Assembly (NCBI GenBank): GCA_964291405.2
Contig: OZ219926.1
Span: forward strand, 4,831,697 to 4,895,696
Source of the DNA: Thermodesulfobacteriota bacterium
GTDB taxonomy: Bacteria > Desulfobacterota > Binatia > Bin18
Length of the DNA: 64,000 bases
Direction: 5' to 3'
Shown here: positions 9,961 to 17,766 of the stretch, piece by piece
How the letters are laid out: each line of letters starts with the position of its first letter
Position numbering within the stretch: position 1 is the first letter of the stretch
The notes under the pieces: generated by a model
What the model saw: only the letters and a program-made list of their open reading frames with translations
Told to the model about the DNA's origin: nothing
Database searches by the model: none
Translations under genes and position numbers: made by a program

Positions 9961-11670
9961 ATGGCAATCCGTCAACGACGAGCTCCTGCAGACACGGTCC
10001 TGCTTAACGGGACCATTTTGACTGTTGACGAGGCGTTCAGCCGGGCCAAGGCAGTTGCGATGTCCGGGGGCAGGTTTGTGGCTATTGGCAAGAACGCCAA
10101 GGTGAAGAAGCTGATCGGTCCTGACACAAGAGTCCTTGATTTGGAAGGGAGAACCGTAGTCCCTGGCTTTATTGATACCCATGGGCATATCGGCCTATTT
10201 GGCTTAGAGACCCTGGCTGTTTCCCTGGCCGGCGCTCGGTCGATTCCCGAGATACAGCAACGTATAGCCGGCCGGGCAAGGGAGACTCCCCCTGGCCAAT
10301 GGATTGTGACCCTGCCGGTTGGAGATCCTCCATACTTTTTCAACGTTCCGCACATTCTCCAGGAAAATCGCTTTCCTCATCGCTGGGACCTCGACCCCGT
10401 CTCCCCAGATCACCCGGTCTATATTACTGCGCCGACTAATCGGGTTCCTAATGCGGCCGTGCTGAATAGTCAGGCCCTCTCTTTAGCCGGTATTACGAAG
10501 GACACGCCGCAACCAGAGCATATAGAAATCGTCAAAGACCCTGACTCGGGCGAACCGACGGGAGAGTTGCGTGGCGCCCTGCAGCCGATTTACAATCCGA
10601 ATCCCTTCTTTGTCGAACTGACCAAACTGATTCCTCATCCAACCTACGCGCACGTACGCGAGGGTATCAAAAGACTCGCGCCAGATTTCCTTGCTGGTGG
10701 CACAACAACGTTACTAGAGGCGCATTTAAATTCTCCGGAGGAGCTTCGAGCCTACGCTCAGCTTCAGGCGCAAGGCGAGCTTCCCCTGCGGATATTCTAT
10801 ACCTATGAAATTGACCCACGTCAGTCGCTTGAAACGATTGCCGATTATCTGCGGACGGTGAGCTTTGCCGCGGGCCGTGGCTTTGGGACAGACCAGCTTA
10901 AGGTCGTTGGTGTGAGTATTGGGCTCGACGGCCCCTATTGGCACGGGGCTGCGGTGAACGATGCCCCCTATACCGGCCCCTTTGGTCAGAAGGTAGCTCC
11001 GGAACCTCTGGTACCGTGGGAAAAATATGCTGCGATTCTGCGCCTGGCGGCGGAGTTCGACCTCAGGGTACACGCCGAAGCCGCAGGTCGAGGTTCGATT
11101 GAGATAGCGCTCCGTGCCATGGGTGAAGCCCATGCGGTGACGCCGATTCATGACAAACGTTGGGTCATCGAGCATGTGGAATTTCCCACCCAGGAGCAGA
11201 TTGCGCAATGTCGGCAGCTTGGCGTGGTTCCTACGACAGCAACAAATTTCATTTGGGGGAAAGGAGCAGAAGTCTATAAGGACCGCCTCGGGCCTCGCTA
11301 TGTCAAAGATGCGATTCCTCTGCGGTGGTGGCTCGATGCGGGTGTACCCGTGAGCCAAAGTACGGACTGGGGGCCGCGCGGGGCACTGTTCACGCTCTGG
11401 CAGTCAATGGCTCGGCAAGCTGGATTAACCGGCGAAGTCATTGGCCCAGCTCAGCGCATCTCACGTGAAGAGGCGCTCAGGATTTTTACCAATAACGGAG
11501 CGTATGCCTTATGGATGGAAGATGAGCTAGGCTCCATAGAGGTTGGTAAACTTGCCGACTGTGTGGTGCTTTCCGACAATCCTCTCAAAGGCAAACGTGA
11601 TGCCATTCGAGATATACAGGTCGATCTCACTATAGTAGGGGGGAATGTCGTCCACGGAGAACGCTTTTAG
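9961..11670 (+). CDS. YtcJ/NfdA-like amidohydrolase (Amidohydro_3)
   Basis: PGFIDTHGH, RWVIEH, STDW, GSIEVGKLADCVVL; RBS AAGGAG before ATG 9961. Confidence 0.85.
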   Translation: MAIRQRRAPADTVLLNGTILTVDEAFSRAKAVAMSGGRFVAIGKNAKVKKLIGPDTRVLDLEGRTVVPGFIDTHGHIGLFGLETLAVSLAGARSIPEIQQRIAGRARETPPGQWIVTLPVGDPPYFFNVPHILQENRFPHRWDLDPVSPDHPVYITAPTNRVPNAAVLNSQALSLAGITKDTPQPEHIEIVKDPDSGEPTGELRGALQPIYNPNPFFVELTKLIPHPTYAHVREGIKRLAPDFLAGGTTTLLEAHLNSPEELRAYAQLQAQGELPLRIFYTYEIDPRQSLETIADYLRTVSFAAGRGFGTDQLKVVGVSIGLDGPYWHGAAVNDAPYTGPFGQKVAPEPLVPWEKYAAILRLAAEFDLRVHAEAAGRGSIEIALRAMGEAHAVTPIHDKRWVIEHVEFPTQEQIAQCRQLGVVPTTATNFIWGKGAEVYKDRLGPRYVKDAIPLRWWLDAGVPVSQSTDWGPRGALFTLWQSMARQAGLTGEVIGPAQRISREEALRIFTNNGAYALWMEDELGSIEVGKLADCVVLSDNPLKGKRDAIRDIQVDLTIVGGNVVHGERF

Positions 11671-12818
11671 ACCTCTAAAAACGTAAAGATACTGTTCCTG
11701 ATGGCACGGTCGTTCAATACCTGAGAATGCGCGGCCCGACTGTCACATTCCGTCACTGCTGCTAGCGCGTGCATATAGGCCGAGGGCAGTTGGGCTGACT
11801 GAACGCTGACTGTCTCGTCTCCGTCTTCAAACAGCGCTCGGTAGGGTTGTTGTGGCAGATACTTGGAGAGCTCGTCTCTATGAAAGAGCAAGGTCGGAGC
11901 GGGCTCAGCGTCGAGCAGTACCGCCCTCGCAAGCGTAGGATGCGACCTGGCAAAGACGTACAGCATCTGCGTCGACAGTTGTGGCGAGTGCCTGAGAGGG
12001 GCATGGAGTCGTCCATACAGGTGCTTGCCTGTGTGTAACGCCGTTGTCACCAGTGCCAATCTTTTCTGTCGAGTCTGTTCCGACACGCACGTTGCCGTAT
12101 CCAAGAAACCCCAGCCATACCGCTCCCACAGGTCGCTCTCATACAGCGTATGGGGGAGGGGGGTGAGACCGTCATCGAGAAGAACCGGCGCATACGTAGG
12201 CATCATCTCATAGACCGATGGAAAAGTCGCAAACGCCTGGGCCTTTATCAGCGTGGTGTTGAGACCAAAGCGAGCGCCGTGTTTCATATTGTGGAAGGCG
12301 GTCATGGACCCTTTGAAGGGCACGGTCGCGAGCACGACCTTGTCTACATGGCCTGCTCCTTCCCAGGTTTCGACGGCCTCTTCGGGAGCCTGGGACCCAT
12401 AGCGCAAGTAATAGCTGGTAATGAGCCCGCCCATGCTATGGGCGATAATGGTAATTGACGTAGCACCCCGGTGTTTCAACTCGGAGACCAGACGGGCCAG
12501 TTGTTTTACTGCTGCAAAATAGTCCTCGCGCCAATCGTAGGCGAAGAGATGGATTCGGGGGCGCGTTCCGAGTCGGGCTCGAAGTTTGCCGAGAAATGCG
12601 GCGTACACATCCTTGCTGTAGATGCCAGGGATGACGGGAATGCAGTCCAATATCGTATCGGGAACGAGGGCTCTTTCCCCGGCTACCCCAAATCCGGTGC
12701 GTGCCGCTGTCTTTGAACCGAACAAGGCCTGCCAGGCCGAGAGCCAGACGATTTTCCGGTCACTGGTTTGGACGAGTCGCGTTCCGTAAAAGCCTGGGAT
12801 AAAGATGAGGTGCTGCAT
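11667..12818 (-). CDS. Lipase / LCAT-like alpha/beta hydrolase
   Basis: IFIPGFYGT, AYDWR, AHSMGG nucleophile elbow, GDETV, terminal His. Confidence 0.82.
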   Translation of the reverse strand: MQHLIFIPGFYGTRLVQTSDRKIVWLSAWQALFGSKTAARTGFGVAGERALVPDTILDCIPVIPGIYSKDVYAAFLGKLRARLGTRPRIHLFAYDWREDYFAAVKQLARLVSELKHRGATSITIIAHSMGGLITSYYLRYGSQAPEEAVETWEGAGHVDKVVLATVPFKGSMTAFHNMKHGARFGLNTTLIKAQAFATFPSVYEMMPTYAPVLLDDGLTPLPHTLYESDLWERYGWGFLDTATCVSEQTRQKRLALVTTALHTGKHLYGRLHAPLRHSPQLSTQMLYVFARSHPTLARAVLLDAEPAPTLLFHRDELSKYLPQQPYRALFEDGDETVSVQSAQLPSAYMHALAAVTECDSRAAHSQVLNDRAIRNSIFTFLEV

Positions 12819-12911
12819 ATCCGTAGTGCACCGTGTGAACGGCCTTTGGCCCGTGATACTACGTGGTGGTGAGGCGAGAGCCAAGCGCCAGAGTGTAGCC
12901 CCCTATCGACC

Positions 12912-14252
12912 ATGTCCATACCAGCCATTGACGCCTGGAGCGTGTTTATTGATCTGGGCTGTGTCTCGGTTTTGATCTTAATCGGATTTGCCGTTCGGAC
13001 TGCGTCCGTGTGGATGCAGCGGCTGTTTCTTCCCACCAGTGTCATCGCCGGGTGTGGCGGTTTGGTGTGTGGGCCGAACGGGCTCGATATTCTGCCGTTT
13101 TCGAGCTTGCTGCCGCAATATCCCAGCGTTCTGATTACGCTGGTGTTTGCCGCTTTGCCGTTCACCTCCCGGTCTGTCAGCCAGGAGACCGGTTCGCGAC
13201 GCGCAGTCGAGATCGGGTCGTATTCGGCCGCTATCGTCCTGCTGCAATGGGGGCTGGGTGTGCTGTTTGGCCTGACCGTGCTGGCATTTGTCTGGCCGGA
13301 TTTGCCGCGCGGATTCGGAACCATACTTGCCAGCGGGTTTGTCGGCGGACACGGCACCGCCGCGGCGCTGGGCACGGCATTTAACAGCCTGGGTGAACAA
13401 AGCTGGTCCGAGGCCGGCGCCTTAGCCATGACCTCGGCCACCGTCGGCATTCTAAGTGCGGTGGTCGGCGGTATGTTGTGGGTACAGTGGGCGGCCCGAA
13501 ACGGCACGACCCGGTTCCTGGCCCGATTTGACGACCTGCCCGACGAACTGCGCACCGGTCGTGTCCCCGACAACCGGCGCAGCCCGCTCGGCTACGAAAC
13601 CCTCTCACCCCTGGCGCTCGACCCGTTGATCTTCCATGTCGCGCTCGTTGTTACAGCGGCTTTTGGTGGCTACCTGCTCACCGGTCTGAGCAGTGTATAT
13701 CTGGGCGAGTATCGACCGCCGAGTTTCTGTCTGGCGTTCGTGTGCGGCTTTGGTCTCAAACACCTGTGTACTCGCCTGCGGTTTGCAGACACGGTTGACC
13801 GCACGGTCATGCTACGGCTGAGCGGTGCGCTCACCGACGTGCTGGTCGTATGCGGTATTGCCGCGGTCAGTCTTGAGGTCGTGGCCCGCCACGCCCTACC
13901 GCTGCTGGCGCTGTTTGTCTTTGGCCTGGCGCTGTGCTGGACGGTGTTCTATGTCGGTGGCCCACGTATCTTCCGTGACCTCTGGTTTGAAAAGGCGCTG
14001 TTCACCTGGGGCTGGGTGACCGGTGTGATGGCTATCGCCCTGGCGCTGCTGCGCGTGGTCGACCCGCGTGACGAGTCGGAGATTCTGGACCCGTTCGCTC
14101 GCGCCTATCTGTTCGTGGCGCCGCTGGAGGTCGGTCTGGTGTCGTTTGCGCCGCTGCTGATTGTGCAGGGCTTTGCCTGGAGCTTCGTCGGCGCGACCGT
14201 TCTTGCTGGCTTCGTCGCCTTGCTATGGGGTGGGTGGCGAAATGCGAGGTGA
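12912..14252 (+). CDS. Sodium/glutamate symporter (GltS/ESS family)
   Basis: Multi-TM; FLPTSVIAG, GFVGGHGTAAA, LLRVVDP motifs. Confidence 0.8.
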   Translation: MSIPAIDAWSVFIDLGCVSVLILIGFAVRTASVWMQRLFLPTSVIAGCGGLVCGPNGLDILPFSSLLPQYPSVLITLVFAALPFTSRSVSQETGSRRAVEIGSYSAAIVLLQWGLGVLFGLTVLAFVWPDLPRGFGTILASGFVGGHGTAAALGTAFNSLGEQSWSEAGALAMTSATVGILSAVVGGMLWVQWAARNGTTRFLARFDDLPDELRTGRVPDNRRSPLGYETLSPLALDPLIFHVALVVTAAFGGYLLTGLSSVYLGEYRPPSFCLAFVCGFGLKHLCTRLRFADTVDRTVMLRLSGALTDVLVVCGIAAVSLEVVARHALPLLALFVFGLALCWTVFYVGGPRIFRDLWFEKALFTWGWVTGVMAIALALLRVVDPRDESEILDPFARAYLFVAPLEVGLVSFAPLLIVQGFAWSFVGATVLAGFVALLWGGWRNAR

Positions 14253-14311
14253 GGCGTGAGTCGATCTACCGCGCTTTAGGATAGTGACTCAGTTTCACAT
14301 CTTCAGTAGAA

Positions 14312-14401
14312 GGAACCCACCCCGGCCCTTCGGGCCACCCCTCCAAGGAGGGGATTTTTCCACTCCCTCTCCCTTGGAGGGAGAGGGCTGGGGTGAGGGG
14401 G
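14312..14401. repeat. Composite REP-like palindromes between convergent gltS-like and gmaS genes
   Basis: ACCCACCCCGG..CCCCTCCAAGGAGGGGA followed by CCCTCTCCCTTGGAGGGAGAGGG; related copies at 40508, 61496, 62122, 62182. Confidence 0.75.
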
Positions 14402-14433
14402 AATATGCAAACGGAAGCACTCCCCATACAGAC

Positions 14434-15771
14434 TCAGTACAACCCGAGATAATTCTCCACTTCCCACTGCGAGACGGAATCGTGATAGCTCTTCCACTCG
14501 TCGCGTTTCACCTGGATATAGTACTCGGCATACTCGCGCCCGAGCGCCTCTTTGATGACCTCGTCCTGCTCAAGCTCATCAAGGGCTTCGCTTAGGTTGG
14601 TTGGCAGAAAACCAATTCCCTCGGCTTTCAACTCAGCTTCCGGGACTTCGTACAAATTACGGTCGTTGCGATTCCCGGCTTCCATCTTGTGCTCAATGCC
14701 GTCGAGGCCGGCGGCTAGCATGACGGTCGGCGCCAAATAGGGGTTGGCCGCACCGTCAACGGTTCGGTTTTCCATTCGGCCCGGCCCGGGAATCCGAATC
14801 ATCTGGGTCCGATTTGAAGCCCCATAGGTCACATAGACCGGGGCCCAGGTTGCCCCGGAAAGGGGGGCGCCGCGAATCAGACGTTTATAGGAGTTCACGA
14901 TGGGGGCCGTTACCGCAGCGATCGCCCGAGCGTGGTGCTTGAGGCCGCCGATGAAATGGTAGGCCAACTCGGACAGGCCGTTTTCATTGGACTCGTCGAG
15001 AAACAGATTAACCTCACCCTCGGCGTCCCACAGGCTGGTGTGAAAATGGCAGCCGTTGCCGGTCAGGTGGGAAAACGGCTTGGGCATGAAGGTGGCGATG
15101 CTACCCCGTTCCTCGGCCAGGGTGCGCACCATCCAGCGAAAGAAGGTGTGCCGGTCAGCAGTGGTCAGGCAGTCGGAATAGGTCCAGTTGATCTCGAACT
15201 GACAGTTGGCGTCCTCGTGGTCGTTAGCGTAAGGGTCCCAGCCGAACCCCTGCATATAGCTCAGCAGAGTAGTGGTGAAATCCAGGTTGCGGTTCAGGGC
15301 GCGCAGGTCGTAACAGGGCTTACTCAGCGTATCCAGCGCATCAAACGGCTCAAAGCCGCCCTGCTCGGTCCGCCGGGTCAGAATAAACTCCGGCTCAACC
15401 CCGGTCTTGAAGCTATAGCCCTTGTCGCGGACCGTGGCTAATTGACGCTGTAAAATAGTGCGCGGACAGTAGGGCCACGCCTGGTCGTCGACGGTGATAT
15501 CGCTGGCGACCCAGGCCACGTTGTTACGCCAGGGTAAAATGGTGAGGCTATTAAAATCCGGCATGGCCAGCATATCGGTATCGTGCGGGCCCTGGCCCAT
15601 ATTGCCCGCGGCAAACCCGGCAAAGCCAGCACTGCCCTCGGCCATGTCCTTGAGATGGACGGCTGGCACCACTTTCGCCTTGGGCGCCCCACTCATCTCC
15701 ACAAAGGAGCACAGAAAGAACTCGATGCCGTTGTCCTGAACAATTTTTTCCACATCTTGTACTGTTGCCAT
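14434..15771 (-). CDS. gmaS: Gamma-glutamylmethylamide synthetase (type III GS / GlnT-like)
   Basis: KAKVVP, GFAGFA, GVEPEF, DHEDANCQFEIN, ATFMPKPF, NRTQMIR; last gene of the mgs/mgd operon. Confidence 0.88.
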   Translation of the reverse strand: MATVQDVEKIVQDNGIEFFLCSFVEMSGAPKAKVVPAVHLKDMAEGSAGFAGFAAGNMGQGPHDTDMLAMPDFNSLTILPWRNNVAWVASDITVDDQAWPYCPRTILQRQLATVRDKGYSFKTGVEPEFILTRRTEQGGFEPFDALDTLSKPCYDLRALNRNLDFTTTLLSYMQGFGWDPYANDHEDANCQFEINWTYSDCLTTADRHTFFRWMVRTLAEERGSIATFMPKPFSHLTGNGCHFHTSLWDAEGEVNLFLDESNENGLSELAYHFIGGLKHHARAIAAVTAPIVNSYKRLIRGAPLSGATWAPVYVTYGASNRTQMIRIPGPGRMENRTVDGAANPYLAPTVMLAAGLDGIEHKMEAGNRNDRNLYEVPEAELKAEGIGFLPTNLSEALDELEQDEVIKEALGREYAEYYIQVKRDEWKSYHDSVSQWEVENYLGLY

Positions 15772-15804
15772 GAGTCCCTCCTTTTGGTGTCGATTTTATA
15801 TTGC

Positions 15805-17016
15805 CTAATGCGACACGGCGGCCGCGGCTTTCTCTCCTACTAAGCGATCTTCGTAAAACCGAGACAGCGCAAATGGCTCGATCAATGTGGGTGTCTTATT
15901 GGTCACGATCAACTCGGCCACCGTCTTTCCGCCGGCAGGGCCAGCCTTGAAACCATAGGTGCCCCAACCGACATTCAGGATAAACCCTCTGACCTCCGGC
16001 ACGGGGCTGATGATGGGGCTGAAGTCGGGTGTCATATCACAGACGCCGCTCCACTGACGCAGGACACGGGCTTCTTCCAATATCGGAAACAGCTCCAGGG
16101 CATGGGCAGCCATCATCTCCAGGGTAGGTAATGTGGAGGCGCTGTTGTACGAGGCGTAGGGGTCAATCTCCGCACCGATGACCACCTCTCCCCGGTCGGT
16201 CTGGTTCACATATACGTGCAGCGTGGCCGACACGATGACCTTGTCCAGAAAGGGTTTTAAGGGCTCGGTGACACAGGCCTGGAGCGGATGGGAGACAATG
16301 GGTAGATCAACGTCCACCATCCGTGCAACGGTTGAACACCAGCCCGAGGTGGCGTTGACGACGGTGTTGGTCGCAATGCGACCGCGACTGGTGTGAACTG
16401 CGGTAACCTGACCGTTGTCGGTATCGATAGCGTGGACTTCCGTATGCGGATGGAGCTCTATGTCCATCCGGTCCGCGCCGCGCGCATAGCCCCAGACCAC
16501 CGCATCATGCCGGATGATACCGCCCGGAGGATGATAGAGTGCCGCCTGGATGGGAGCATGGGCCGCTTTGCTGACATCCATGGCCGGCACCAGGCTTTTG
16601 ATCTCCTCGGGAAAAATGAGTCGGCTGTTGACGCCAAGCAGGGCGTTGGCCTCGGCCCGGACGCGCAAGCCATCAACGCCGGTGTCCGTATGCGCCAGCG
16701 TCAGATGACCAATCTGGGAAAAAAGAACGTTAAAGTCGACTTCCTGAGATAATTCCTGGTACAGCCGCAGGCTCTCATCGTAAAAAGGAATGGCTTCGGC
16801 TGTGCGATAATTCGCGCGCAGAATAGCGGTATTGCGGCCGCTATTACCTCCACCGAGATAGCCACGGTCGAGCACCGCGACGTTTTTTATCCCCTGTTTG
16901 CCGAGATAATAGGCGGTCGCCAGGCCGTGGACGCCGGCTCCGATAATCACCACATCATACTGATCTTTCAGATCATGTCGGCGCCACATCCGTTGGGTGC
17001 GAAAGAGCTGCAACAT
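15805..17016 (-). CDS. soxB: N-methylglutamate dehydrogenase / sarcosine oxidase beta subunit (FAD)
   Basis: YDVVIIGAGVHGLATAYYL, GGNSGRNT, IRHDAVVWGYA, GWGTYGFK, EKAAAAVSH end. Confidence 0.9.
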   Translation of the reverse strand: MLQLFRTQRMWRRHDLKDQYDVVIIGAGVHGLATAYYLGKQGIKNVAVLDRGYLGGGNSGRNTAILRANYRTAEAIPFYDESLRLYQELSQEVDFNVLFSQIGHLTLAHTDTGVDGLRVRAEANALLGVNSRLIFPEEIKSLVPAMDVSKAAHAPIQAALYHPPGGIIRHDAVVWGYARGADRMDIELHPHTEVHAIDTDNGQVTAVHTSRGRIATNTVVNATSGWCSTVARMVDVDLPIVSHPLQACVTEPLKPFLDKVIVSATLHVYVNQTDRGEVVIGAEIDPYASYNSASTLPTLEMMAAHALELFPILEEARVLRQWSGVCDMTPDFSPIISPVPEVRGFILNVGWGTYGFKAGPAGGKTVAELIVTNKTPTLIEPFALSRFYEDRLVGEKAAAAVSH

Positions 17017-17019
17017 GAC

Positions 17020-17763
17020 TCATCCTTGCGCGTGCAACTGACGCTGGGCAGCCAGGCCAAACGGGCGCACGCCGAACTCCTCGCCCGCGTCCAGCAGGGC
17101 GTCCCACACATGGGCGCCGAACTCTCGTCCGCAATGGACCTGGTAGGCCAGATGCGCCTGAATATCTGCGCGCAGAACTAAGGCATGTACATGTGCCAGG
17201 CTGCCTTGCGCGCAGGACAAATCCGGGAACTGGGCGGGCCTGAGGTCCAGGGCCGTGAGTTTCCGCAACAGATCCCGACTGTGCGGGCCGACGAGCTGCA
17301 TGGCGGTAAAATTTGATGTGACATCCGTCAGGTGGATACAGGCGGAATCGGCTGTCTGTTGTATGACCGATTCAACACGAGCGTGGACTGCGCCGGCTGT
17401 TCCGGGTGGCGAAATGAGCCGCGCGTGGTTCCCGGCCAGGGAATACAGCAGTCCGCCCGCCTGGGCGCCGAGCTGAAGAGCTTGGGGAGGGACGCGCACG
17501 ACCCGTCCGACCGGGACAGTCTCAAGCGAAATCCCTAGCGAGAGCTTCTGTCCGAGCGAGGCGAATACGTCGTTGCCTTGAATATCGAGCTTGGCCAGCG
17601 GGCTGATATCGCTCAGCCCTACCTGTTCCCGGATCGCCTGTACTTCGACCTCAACCGAGCCGTAGGAGTCGGCACACTGCCAGCCGTGGTCTTCGATCAT
17701 ACTGGCCTCGGCCAGATGAAAGGCATGGAGCGCCGAGCGTCGGATGAGGGGTATCGCGGCCAT
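17020..17763 (-). CDS. soxG: NMG dehydrogenase / sarcosine oxidase gamma-like subunit (GcvT-like)
   Basis: DISPLAKLDIQG, TDVTS, LVGP.SR.LL.KLTALDL, VWDALLDAG.EFG. Confidence 0.78.
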   Translation of the reverse strand: MAAIPLIRRSALHAFHLAEASMIEDHGWQCADSYGSVEVEVQAIREQVGLSDISPLAKLDIQGNDVFASLGQKLSLGISLETVPVGRVVRVPPQALQLGAQAGGLLYSLAGNHARLISPPGTAGAVHARVESVIQQTADSACIHLTDVTSNFTAMQLVGPHSRDLLRKLTALDLRPAQFPDLSCAQGSLAHVHALVLRADIQAHLAYQVHCGREFGAHVWDALLDAGEEFGVRPFGLAAQRQLHAQG

Positions 17764-17766
17764 ATC

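Noticed and set aside
14434-15771. Housekeeping glutamine synthetase glnA
   Set aside because: GlnT/type III motifs and position in the mgs/mgd operon favour GmaS
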